Made by a program: the position numbers and the translations under genes | Source: an uncultured Candidatus Saccharibacteria bacterium | GTDB taxonomy: Bacteria; Patescibacteriota; Saccharimonadia; Saccharimonadales; EFPC-124 | NCBI GenBank assembly: GCA_965225085.1 | Contig: CBDDBE010000002.1 | Location: 95,185-159,184 of the forward strand | Length of the DNA: 64,000 bases | Direction of reading: 5' to 3' | Notes under the pieces: generated by a model | Databases searched by the model: none | What the model was told of the DNA's origin: nothing | Seen by the model: the letters and a program-made list of their open reading frames with translations, nothing else | In this document: piece by piece, positions 56,063 to 64,000 of the stretch | Position numbering within the stretch: the first letter of the stretch is position 1 | Layout: each line of letters opens with the position of its first letter

Positions 56063-56130
56063 GATGCTCCAGGTTGTGAGTCGAGCTGAGCTTAGTTCTA
56101 TAATAAACTAAATATGCTATTAAGTCAAAA

Positions 56131-57159
56131 TTACATGCTTGTCGCGAGATGTAATAGCTGGTCGCTGCTGAGTGGCGCGTCGCCATCGATGGTATACAGC
56201 AGGCCGCCATTCACCCAGGCGGCGTGGTTGTTGAACGAGTAGATAGTCAGGCCGTGTTCCTCGTACGTAAGGTAGTTGTCGGTTTGTTTGGTGACGTAGT
56301 TGTCTAGCACCGCCTGGCTATCCCAATTGGATGATTTCTGTTTGATGACGAAGTTGTTATTGTTGGTATTGCTTTTGAAAGTGATGTTCACTTCGCCTGG
56401 CTGATAGCTGATAGGCCCCGCAAAGTGGTAGCCGTCTGGCTGGTAGTTGGGATAATTGGCTGCAATGCCCGCGCGAGTGGCTGCGACGCGCATGCTGATA
56501 TTTGGCAGGTTGATATACGTCAAGTAGCCGGCCAGCAGTAGCAAAGCGAGCGAACTCGTGAGGATCGTCGCCAGCCGCGGTTGATTGCTGAGCCGACGAT
56601 GATGTTTGACCTCGGTTTTGTTGGACTCAGCCTCTTCGACGCGCTGCTGTATGAGCGCTTCCTTTAGATTTGATGACGACTGCTGCTGAGGCAGCGCGGC
56701 CGGGGCGTGCTTTGCTAGCGCATGCGTTACGAGCGGGTGCTGGCGCGGCGCCGCTGCAACGGGTTCGGGTGTGTGCGTGTGTAATTGAGTGGTCGCCTGA
56801 TGCATCTTCTCTGGCGAGAACTTTTTGATCATCGGGCTGCGATGGTGCTGAACGCTGGTTGGTGCCGCAATTGAATCGACTTCGACCTTAACGGGTACTG
56901 GCGTGAGCTGCCGAAGCGGCATTGGCTTTTTGAGTGCTGAACGGTTGAGTGTTTGGGATTTTTGGAGCTGTTTATGAACGGCATGGGCCTTGAGTTCGGC
57001 ATGTTGTGGCTGAGCGGTGACGGGTTTAGAGATGTCCGAAAACGAACGGTGCGCCGGCGGTTTAGCGTGGTGCTGTTCGCCAGATACATCTGCGACGGGC
57101 AAGCCAGTCAAGCCATCGTACTTACGGCCGTTTATGATAATAATGTTTTTGCCTGTCAT
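56131..57159 (-). CDS. bitopic membrane protein, Q/H/P-rich cytoplasmic N-term, extracytoplasmic C-terminal domain
   Basis: TM 'LATILTSSLALLLLAGYLTYI'. Confidence 0.5.
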   Translation of the reverse strand: MTGKNIIIINGRKYDGLTGLPVADVSGEQHHAKPPAHRSFSDISKPVTAQPQHAELKAHAVHKQLQKSQTLNRSALKKPMPLRQLTPVPVKVEVDSIAAPTSVQHHRSPMIKKFSPEKMHQATTQLHTHTPEPVAAAPRQHPLVTHALAKHAPAALPQQQSSSNLKEALIQQRVEEAESNKTEVKHHRRLSNQPRLATILTSSLALLLLAGYLTYINLPNISMRVAATRAGIAANYPNYQPDGYHFAGPISYQPGEVNITFKSNTNNNNFVIKQKSSNWDSQAVLDNYVTKQTDNYLTYEEHGLTIYSFNNHAAWVNGGLLYTIDGDAPLSSDQLLHLATSM

Positions 57160-57302
57160 ATCTCGTCTACCCTCGGTTTTGTATCGTTCGTGAAACGTAT
57201 CTCTTTTATAGTAAGGATAATCGCTATGCGTTTCAAGCCTTACTTACGCAGCTTGGTCCTCGTATTGTACATTATGAGCGTGCTATACTCGTAGGTAGTT
57301 TC

Positions 57303-58781
57303 ATGTTCGACATTGATTTTTCTTCGAAGCGGGCCAGACTGGCCATCCGGTTTTTCACGTATGGCGTCATGGCAGTTACATCGGCCGTTCTGACGGCACT
57401 CTTAGTATTGGTGGCATTGGGGTATAGACTGGATCGCAACTTTAACTTCAGCCAGGGCGGCCTGGTGCAGTTTCGCTCCTTCCCGGATAGCGCCGACGTG
57501 ACAATAGACGGCAAGAAGCAGAGCTTTCATACCCCGGACAAGCTAAACATGCCGGCGGGCGCACACACTGTTAGCCTAAGCCTAAGCGGTTATCGCCCTT
57601 GGTCCAAGGCGGTTAATCTAGCACCGGGCGAACTCCTGTGGCTGAACTATGCCCGACTCATCCCTAGTTCGATCACGACGTCCACAATCAAGGAATACTC
57701 GTCGATTGCTGGTTCACTCCCCTCGCCCGACCGACGAGGGCTCGTGTTGCAGATGAACACCGACCAGCCCAACTATACGCTAGTGGACTACAGCGACGAG
57801 ACCAAACCGCAGTTCACGAGCTGGCAATTGCCTGATGGCCTCTTCACCAAAAAAGACGGCAAATATGGGACCTTCAAACTCGTTGAATGGGACCTGCAGT
57901 CCAAATATCTGCTGATCGAGCATGATAACGGCGGCAATGCAGAGTTTGCCCGAGTGGATCGATCGAAGCCGAGCGACGCGGTAAATATGACCAAAGTGTT
58001 TGGGCTCGCGATCAAGGAAGCGCATTTTTCCGGGAACAATTCGAACATTATTTTTGTCAGGACCGATGATGTTCTGCGTCGATTGGATATTGGCGGGCCA
58101 ACGGCCTCGGCGGCTTTGGTGAGTGGCGTGCAGGCCTTTACGGTGTATGGCGGCGACACTATTGCGTTTAGCAGTTTGCAGGACGCAACAACTGGCGACG
58201 ATTCGACCAGGCAACAGCAGGTTGGCGTATATCGTCAGGACAAGATTACACCGGTACGTACGTTGCCACTTGACCAGCAAGTACATTTTGCGTACAACGA
58301 GTACGACGGTCATGCGTACCTGGCTATTAGCTCGGCTGGAGCTAACACGGTTGATATCATTCGTGACCCCACCGCTACCGGCAGCAGCAAAGCCGCGAGT
58401 GTCTTTGCGCAGTTTGACCTAGGCAAGCCTGCTAGCTCGTTAAGTTTTAGTAGTAATGGTCGCATGCTCGTGGCTCAACATGGTAATACAATGGCGACAT
58501 ACGATATCGACATGGGCAAAGTCTACAAGAAGACACTTGGTTTTGGCAGTGATAAGACAGCGCAGTTTGGCTGGCTAGACGACTACTACCTACTGACCGA
58601 CGATAGCGGTGACCTGCGAATGTTTGAGTTCGATGGGACCAATGACTCGGAATTGACCACTGTTGCTCCCGGTTTCGGGGTGATGCTGAGCAGTAACGGC
58701 AAGCAGCTGTTGAGCATTGGCAAAAATAATGTAACGCAATCGTTGCTGTTGCAGGCCTCCAAGCTAACACTCGGTAATTAG
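57303..58781 (+). CDS. membrane-anchored PEGA-domain protein with beta-rich C-terminal domain
   Basis: 'SFPDSADVTIDGKKQSFHTPDKLNMPAGAHTVSLSLSGYRPW' = PEGA. Confidence 0.6.
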   Translation: MFDIDFSSKRARLAIRFFTYGVMAVTSAVLTALLVLVALGYRLDRNFNFSQGGLVQFRSFPDSADVTIDGKKQSFHTPDKLNMPAGAHTVSLSLSGYRPWSKAVNLAPGELLWLNYARLIPSSITTSTIKEYSSIAGSLPSPDRRGLVLQMNTDQPNYTLVDYSDETKPQFTSWQLPDGLFTKKDGKYGTFKLVEWDLQSKYLLIEHDNGGNAEFARVDRSKPSDAVNMTKVFGLAIKEAHFSGNNSNIIFVRTDDVLRRLDIGGPTASAALVSGVQAFTVYGGDTIAFSSLQDATTGDDSTRQQQVGVYRQDKITPVRTLPLDQQVHFAYNEYDGHAYLAISSAGANTVDIIRDPTATGSSKAASVFAQFDLGKPASSLSFSSNGRMLVAQHGNTMATYDIDMGKVYKKTLGFGSDKTAQFGWLDDYYLLTDDSGDLRMFEFDGTNDSELTTVAPGFGVMLSSNGKQLLSIGKNNVTQSLLLQASKLTLGN

Positions 58782-58946
58782 GTTGTAAATCGTACCTATC
58801 CTAGCCTCGACCGATCGATTAACGTATCAGCCCTGTATAGCGTATATGCAATATCTGGCTCCGCCGTGAGTATTCGCGACAAACGTCGTGCTGAGGATGA
58901 TATGAGCCGACGGTATCTTATTCTGAGGCGCCGCGTGAATGAGCTA

Positions 58947-60158
58947 CTAAGGGAATAATCCCAGGATTCGTTCGAAGAAGGTTTCTGAATTGCCCGGTAT
59001 GTGGTCCGGGTTAGCGTCTTGATTGTTGGCTGGGGCTGGGCTGGCAGTGCCCGGGTCTGGGCTGATCTGTTGTCCATACACGAGTAGCCGATCTGTCGCG
59101 CTGCCTACTGGCGTGCCCGTGACCAGGATAACAGTTGGCTTGCCGTCATTTTGCTGCAATGTATGCCAGTCGGCCGGCTTGATAACTGCTTTGCGTGTGA
59201 CCGCGTAGGCGTAGCGCTTGCCCTGGTAATTCATGTAGAAGACGTCGCCCTGCTGCAAGCGATCGATCAGCACAAAGGCAAATTTGTAACTGCCCGGGTC
59301 GAAGACGTCATTGCTAGAATGGCCAAGGATGACAGTGTTCCCCTGTTGCCCCGGCACGCTACTGGCACCCGGTAAGTTATAGCGAACGACGCCATGCTGC
59401 AACGCCGCTTGAATGGCGCGTTCGTCCACCGTAGTAACACTGTAGACAACCGGCGCATTGACGTTGATTTTGGGGATGATCAAGCGAGGGTCAGCACTGA
59501 CGTTGGCGTTAGCTGCAGGGTCAACGATGATAGCATTGGCCGCCGTACTACCCGGGCTGATAAAGCCTTCGACGTACGCCACCAGGAACCGATTGAATTG
59601 CACAAATAGGAGCAACAGGACGACGACAAGCCCACACATGATCGGCACAAAGCGATTGCTTTTCTGGAACGTACGCGTGCGTTCGGCTACTTTGCCGAGC
59701 AGGTCGTCGCGCACTTGCTGGAAACGGCTGCGAGGCACGAAGGTATTGTCGCTGCCCGTAATGGTGCCGTCGGCGTGGTGTTGGGTATCTTGGAGCGTTG
59801 GCGGTTCCTTTTGCTGCTCGGCCAGCAGCTGTGCCTGGAAATAACGCTGATAGTACTGCTGGTAGTATGACTGCCACGCGGTATGGTAGCGCTGCCAGTC
59901 GTACGTCGGCTGGTGGGTCTGCAAGTAGGGGTTGGTATTTGTTTGAGGCTGCGTGTGCTCAGGCTCGGCAACGGGCTGGTTTGGCGGGTTGTGCTGGTAT
60001 ATGTGCTCGGCTTGATGTCGCGCAACATTGGCCGCCCCTTGCCGTTGGTCCTGGACGGAATCAACTGGGGTCGATGTGTCCTCGCGCCATGAATACAGGC
60101 CGGATTGGTCTGTCTTGTCCTCGGGTTGATTGTTTTTTTGATTATTGTCTGGGTTCAT
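58947..60158 (-). CDS. sortase-family protein: Q/Y/H-rich N-term, TM, sortase fold with catalytic Cys replaced by Gly
   Basis: 'NTVILGHSSNDVFDPGSYKFAFVLIDRLQQGDVFYM' (His motif), 'TVILVTGTPVGSATDRLLV' aligns to TLxTC..R; codon GGC checked in DNA. Confidence 0.7.
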   Translation of the reverse strand: MNPDNNQKNNQPEDKTDQSGLYSWREDTSTPVDSVQDQRQGAANVARHQAEHIYQHNPPNQPVAEPEHTQPQTNTNPYLQTHQPTYDWQRYHTAWQSYYQQYYQRYFQAQLLAEQQKEPPTLQDTQHHADGTITGSDNTFVPRSRFQQVRDDLLGKVAERTRTFQKSNRFVPIMCGLVVVLLLLFVQFNRFLVAYVEGFISPGSTAANAIIVDPAANANVSADPRLIIPKINVNAPVVYSVTTVDERAIQAALQHGVVRYNLPGASSVPGQQGNTVILGHSSNDVFDPGSYKFAFVLIDRLQQGDVFYMNYQGKRYAYAVTRKAVIKPADWHTLQQNDGKPTVILVTGTPVGSATDRLLVYGQQISPDPGTASPAPANNQDANPDHIPGNSETFFERILGLFP

Positions 60159-60225
60159 TTGGTAAAACCAGGATGATTCTTGCCTGGCTTTAGTATATAA
60201 TCTATGTGGTCACACGTACAATTTT

Positions 60226-60314
60226 GGGCAGATGGCGGAACTGGTAGACGCGCTGGACTCAAAATCCAGTTCCCTTTATCGGGAGTGAGGGTTCGATTCC
60301 CTCCCTGCCCACCA
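60226..60314 (+). tRNA. tRNA-Leu (anticodon CAA), long variable arm
   Basis: GGGCAGATGGCGGAACTGGTAGACGCGCTGGA-CTCAAAA-TCCAG...GAGGGTTCGATTCCCTCCCTGCCCACCA; near-identical D/anticodon arms to canonical tRNA-Leu. Confidence 0.85.
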
Positions 60315-60326
60315 TACTTGAGATTG

Positions 60327-60360
60327 CAATAAAGACTGCGAATAGCCGCGGTCTTTATTG
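60327..60360 (+). terminator. 14-bp hairpin after tRNA-Leu
   Basis: CAATAAAGACTGCG-aatagc-CGCGGTCTTTATTG. Confidence 0.6.
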
Positions 60361-60463
60361 ATTCTGAAGGGCCATCACGCTATCTCACGTATTGACAGAA
60401 AAATAGCCAAGGTGTCATTAATAGGTGCAGCCTACTCAGGTTCCGGACGAAGGGAGAACGCAC

Positions 60464-60967
60464 ATGGTTATGCGGCAAGAGGCTGTCACTAGGCGTGGTC
60501 AGCGAATTACCTACGAACTGTACGATGCGGTGCGAGTCAGGCTGCCTCGTCATGTCAGGATGAGCTGGGAAGAGTTCATCCGGCCTGAGCAGTGGTCAGC
60601 CAACGATCATTTTGTCTGTGGCACCGTGCGATGCACGGAGGACGAGCTGGTTGCGGTAAATATATGGCGCACCCCGCACGTGCGTCATGGCTTGACATTG
60701 TGGCCGCATTCCCATGCGCGCGGGCTGCGGTATGAAGTGCTAAGGGGAGGGTTGGCTATCGCGAGCTATGGCACGGCTCTGATGCCGAGCCCTTGGCGGC
60801 AGACGACGTATCGTATGGGCCAGGTAGCTGTGCTGCAGGTTGGTGAATTCCATGTGGTTACCCACATCGAAGAGGGTACGATTGTGATTGTAGGCGGTGG
60901 CCCAAGAAAAACCGCGTACTATCGTAGCTACCTCAACCCCGAGACGTACGAAGTCACCCCGCGCTAA
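60464..60967 (+). CDS. hypothetical protein, possible cupin-like (GC-rich)
   Basis: ORF 60425..60967; ATG 60464 with GAAGGGAGAA RBS. Confidence 0.5.
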   Translation: MVMRQEAVTRRGQRITYELYDAVRVRLPRHVRMSWEEFIRPEQWSANDHFVCGTVRCTEDELVAVNIWRTPHVRHGLTLWPHSHARGLRYEVLRGGLAIASYGTALMPSPWRQTTYRMGQVAVLQVGEFHVVTHIEEGTIVIVGGGPRKTAYYRSYLNPETYEVTPR

Positions 60968-60988
60968 TATGCGGAGCGCCACGTCTTA

Positions 60989-61024
60989 AAGCCCGGGAAC
61001 GCAAGATGGAGCCTTCCCGGGCTT
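60989..61024. terminator. GC hairpin between convergent genes
   Basis: AAGCCCGGGAA-14-TTCCCGGGCTT. Confidence 0.5.
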
Positions 61025-61060
61025 GTTCATACAGAACTCAAGTTACTCAACCTGTCGATC

Positions 61061-61876
61061 TTATTTGGCCGTCACAAGACTAGCCGTTATCGCCTCGAAC
61101 GGCTTGCCGGCGTTTTGTAGCCAGTAAACGCCTGCCTTGGTCGCCACGCTCCCCCGCCAGATCATCATCGCATCATCCCAGGGGGTGGTACTGACGCGGC
61201 CTTCGTGGGCCACGACCAAGTGGTTCTGGTGCAGGACTACAATTGTGACCGGATACGTGATGGTAAATTTGTGTAAGGTTTCAACAAGGGTGGCCAGCTG
61301 CATGCTAAACAGGATGGTCTTGGGGTAGTATACGGCCTGAAAGATTTTCTGCAGTTGCGCCAGACTCACGATGAGCGTGGTTCCCGAGCGTTCCAGGATT
61401 TGTGCCATGCCTGCTCGCAGCAGATCGACGGCGTCGCGTGTCATGATGATGGGCCTAGTGGTTTTTGCGATCAGCCCTTCGAGGGTGATAGCTGTTTCCG
61501 AATTCCGCCCGGCATCCCCTATTAGCAGAATCGCATCTGCCCACTCTGCCGAAGCTATAAGCGCTGGCAACGCTTCGCGGCTCATACCACCAGATGGATT
61601 GGTGGGCACGTATACGCAGTCCAGTGCGAATTTGTCGATGACTGGTTTGAGCGCATCTGGCAAGATTGCCCGGCACTCCCCCACTCCCGCGGCTTGGGCA
61701 TCGCCGTAGGCTTGGGCTACGGCCGCAAAACCTAGTTTGTTGCCGCCAACTATCAGCAGCTTGCCCGCCAGGCTTTTGTGCTGGGGCCGTTGCCACTCGA
61801 TATCCGGGAAAAGTGGCTTGGCCGACGTCTGTTTGAGCCAAAAATCGTATTGCACGTTAGTTGAACTCCTCGACAA
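61061..61876 (-). CDS. carbohydrate-kinase-fold protein, YjeF C-terminal (NAD(P)H-hydrate dehydratase)-like
   Basis: '[16 protein letters not shown]', '[15 protein letters not shown]'; tentative. Confidence 0.5.
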   Translation of the reverse strand: MSRSSTNVQYDFWLKQTSAKPLFPDIEWQRPQHKSLAGKLLIVGGNKLGFAAVAQAYGDAQAAGVGECRAILPDALKPVIDKFALDCVYVPTNPSGGMSREALPALIASAEWADAILLIGDAGRNSETAITLEGLIAKTTRPIIMTRDAVDLLRAGMAQILERSGTTLIVSLAQLQKIFQAVYYPKTILFSMQLATLVETLHKFTITYPVTIVVLHQNHLVVAHEGRVSTTPWDDAMMIWRGSVATKAGVYWLQNAGKPFEAITASLVTAK

Positions 61877-62105
61877 TGCTTAGCTGAGTGCCATCGGGTA
61901 GTATCTGTTGGTCGCGGTCGAATGCAAAGCTGGCCCTGACACCGATTTCCTCGAAACATTCTCGGACCGCAGCCTGCACGATGGTCTCACCTGCTTCGAT
62001 CTTGCCGCCTACGCCATTCCAGCGTCCAGCCCCAAAGCCACGCTTCTTCATTGCTAGCAAAATGTGGTTGTCCTTCAGTAGAAATAACAGCGTGGTGTGC
62101 TTCAT
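61857..62105 (-). CDS. short NUDIX hydrolase (82 aa; possibly truncated)
   Basis: Nudix box '[23 protein letters not shown]'; only ~25 aa after box. Confidence 0.65.
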   Translation of the reverse strand: MKHTTLLFLLKDNHILLAMKKRGFGAGRWNGVGGKIEAGETIVQAAVRECFEEIGVRASFAFDRDQQILPDGTQLSIVEEFN

Positions 62106-62107
62106 AC

Positions 62108-62917
62108 CTAGGCGGCCGGCAGATCGAGAGTAATACTAATTGGGCAGTGGTCCGAGCCCATCACGTCGGGATGGATTTCGGCAGTTTTAATCTTGTCCTT
62201 CAACGCGTGCGACACCAGGAAGTAGTCGATACGCCACCCCACGTTGTTGGCACGGGCGTTGCCAAAGTGGCTCCACCACGTGTAATAGCCGTTGCCCTTC
62301 TTGAACAGGCGCAATGTGTCGACAAATCCGGCGTCGATGAAGTTCTGGAAGCCTTCGCGCTCTTCGTCGGTGAAGCCTTTTTTGCCTTTGTTCGGTTTGG
62401 GGCGCGCCAGGTCGTCCTCGGTGTGGGCGACGTTGAGGTCACCGCAGAATATAACGGGCTTTTTCTTCTCGAGCTGCTGGCAGTAGGCCAGGAACGCCGG
62501 GTCCCAGTGCTTGTGGCGCAGCGGCACGCGGCTGAGGTCGTCCTTGGCGTTGGGCGTGTAGACGGTCACGATATAGAAGTGTTCGAACTCGGCGGCGATG
62601 ACGCGGCCCTCTTTGTTGGGATCCCCGTACGTGTCCCCGGTGACATGGTATCTCTCGACGATGTCATCGGGTAGGCCGTTGATGACCGACAGCGGCTGGG
62701 TCTTGCTGAAGATCGCTGTGCCGGAGTAGCCCTTTTTCTCGGCTGAGTTCCAATATTCCTCATAGCCACTTACCTCGATGGCTGCTTGACCGCGTTCGGC
62801 CTTTGTCTCCTGCATGCACAAGATGTCAGGTTCGTGCTTGGTTACAAATGGCGTAAAGAGTTCCTTGCGCACGACCGCTCGGATGCCATTAATATTCCAC
62901 GAATACAGTTTGATCAT
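62108..62917 (-). CDS. xthA: exodeoxyribonuclease III
   Basis: '[14 protein letters not shown]...DILCMQETK', '[11 protein letters not shown]', 'GSDHCPI'. Confidence 0.95.
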   Translation of the reverse strand: MIKLYSWNINGIRAVVRKELFTPFVTKHEPDILCMQETKAERGQAAIEVSGYEEYWNSAEKKGYSGTAIFSKTQPLSVINGLPDDIVERYHVTGDTYGDPNKEGRVIAAEFEHFYIVTVYTPNAKDDLSRVPLRHKHWDPAFLAYCQQLEKKKPVIFCGDLNVAHTEDDLARPKPNKGKKGFTDEEREGFQNFIDAGFVDTLRLFKKGNGYYTWWSHFGNARANNVGWRIDYFLVSHALKDKIKTAEIHPDVMGSDHCPISITLDLPAA

Positions 62918-62978
62918 ATCTGAAGTATATCAGAGTGCGGTTGCGCTGTGCGGGCAAAGCTTGTTACACTGGGCGACA

Positions 62979-63692
62979 ATGAATCTAAAGTACAAACGAA
63001 TGTTGGTGAAGCTATCTGGTGAGCAATTATCTGGCGAGCATCAGAGTGGGGTCGATACCGATGTAATTGTGTGGATCGCGGGCGAGCTGAAGAAGGCTGC
63101 AGATACCGGCGCGGAGCTGGTCGTGGTGGTCGGTGGTGGGAACTTTGTGCGGGGCAAACAGCTGCAGAGCGAGCTCATCACTCGTGCGACTGCCGATAAC
63201 GTCGGGTTGCTCTCTACCCTACTGAATGGGCTCATCGTGGGCGATGTCTTTAACGCCAGCGGCCTGCCAGCTCGAGTGTTGAGCAGCGTTGTGGCCGAAC
63301 AGGTTGTCGACACATACACGTACCGACGCGCAGTGAACCACCTGCAAAAAGGTCGCGTCGTGGTCGTAGCTGGCGGGATTGGCAGGCCGTATTTTACCAC
63401 CGATACCGGCTCGGTTAATCTCGCGCTTGAGTTGGGGTGTGATGTGGTGTGCAAAACGACAAAAGTCGATGGCGTGTACGATCGCGATCCGGCCAAGTTT
63501 GCCGACGCAGTACGGCTAGAGCACATGACCTATCAGCAAGCAGTTGAGGATGAGGCGATAAAGGTAATGGATAAGGCCGCGTTGGGGCTGGCGATGGAAG
63601 AAAAGATGCCAGTTATGGTGTTTGACCTTGAGACTGAGGGGAATATTCGCCGAGCGGCTTTGGGCGAGGCGGTGGGAACATTGATTGGCTGA
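62979..63692 (+). CDS. pyrH: UMP kinase
   Basis: ORF 62814..63692; Met at 62979 gives 'MNLKYKRMLVKLSGEQL', 'VVVVGGGNFVRG'; longer ORF overlaps xthA. Confidence 0.9.
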   Translation: MNLKYKRMLVKLSGEQLSGEHQSGVDTDVIVWIAGELKKAADTGAELVVVVGGGNFVRGKQLQSELITRATADNVGLLSTLLNGLIVGDVFNASGLPARVLSSVVAEQVVDTYTYRRAVNHLQKGRVVVVAGGIGRPYFTTDTGSVNLALELGCDVVCKTTKVDGVYDRDPAKFADAVRLEHMTYQQAVEDEAIKVMDKAALGLAMEEKMPVMVFDLETEGNIRRAALGEAVGTLIG

Positions 63693-63736
63693 GCTTTGGC
63701 CCTACCTTAATCTATTCAGAAACGACAAATCTCCTT

Positions 63737-64000
63737 CTAGCGCTTCATCATTCGCTGCGCTTCACGCTCGGTGTCACGACGTTTGATGGTCTCGCGTTTG
63801 TCGTAGAGCTTTTTGCCTCGGGCCGTCGCGATGGTGAGTTTGATGTAGCGGGTGTTGGTGGTCATGGTGAGGGGCACGATTGTCAGGCCTTCGTCCTTGG
63901 CGGCGATGAGCTGGGCAATTTCTTTTTTGTTGGCGAGGAGCTTACGCGGGTTGGTGTCCACCACCGAATCGGTATTTCCTTGTGAGCGCAGCGTGAAGCC
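63737..64000 (-). CDS. smpB: SsrA-binding protein SmpB (C-terminal part; N-terminus beyond window end)
   Basis: 'DTNPRKLLANKKEIAQLIAAKDEGLTIVPLTMTTNTRYIKLTIATARGKKLYDKRETIKRR'; frame stays open to 64000. Confidence 0.8.
   Translation of the reverse strand, partial: GFTLRSQGNTDSVVDTNPRKLLANKKEIAQLIAAKDEGLTIVPLTMTTNTRYIKLTIATARGKKLYDKRETIKRRDTEREAQRMMKR

Noticed and set aside
62814-62978. N-terminal 55-aa extension of pyrH ORF overlapping xthA
   Set aside because: The extension overlaps the convergent xthA gene, and canonical UMP kinase begins at 'MNLKYKRMLVKLSGE'. The start was moved to 62979.
1-64000. CRISPR arrays, rRNA genes, IS elements/transposases, integrases, prophage genes
   Set aside because: No regularly spaced direct repeats, no rRNA-like conserved stretches, and no ORF with transposase, integrase or phage structural motifs were seen on either strand.

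Overview
Gene-dense (about 90% coding) bacterial window with roughly 80 protein genes, two tRNAs (tRNA-Glu(CUC), tRNA-Leu(CAA)) and at least one unclassified structured small RNA. I saw no rRNA, CRISPR array, transposase or integrase. Confident housekeeping calls are topA, pth, der/engA, an rsuA-family pseudouridine synthase, gltX, xthA, pyrH, smpB (partial), dprA (frameshifted) and a UvrA paralog that lacks the UvrB-binding domain. The dominant structure is a ~12 kb minus-strand locus (22.9-34.3 kb): two sensor histidine kinases, a polytopic membrane protein, two REC-only response regulators, PilB, PilC, four prepilin-type minor pilins (one carrying an LVIVD beta-propeller domain), the major pilin and a 51-aa TM protein. 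It has no PilMNOPQ, which fits a monoderm-style type IV pilus. Other elements: a VirD4/TraG-like coupling ATPase (partial) beside a sigma-region-4/HARE-HTH protein, a polyprenyl synthase next to a possible terpene-synthase-like gene, a MoxR-type AAA+/VWA pair, a high-GC module with a Cys-rich small protein, a sortase-like gene whose catalytic Cys is Gly, and a low-GC island beside tRNA-Glu with a DIPY-motif methyltransferase. Several genes have a -10 element only a few nt from the start codon and look leaderless or near-leaderless. The repertoire (reduced metabolism, T4P plus T4SS, many leaderless starts) is compatible with a Patescibacteria/Saccharibacteria-like epibiont, but that is inference only. 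A striking feature is compositional mosaicism: well-signalled genes that look clearly more GC-rich by eye are interspersed in a moderate-GC backbone. All coordinates for signals I located by hand may be off by 1-2 nt; GC statements are eyeball estimates, not computed.
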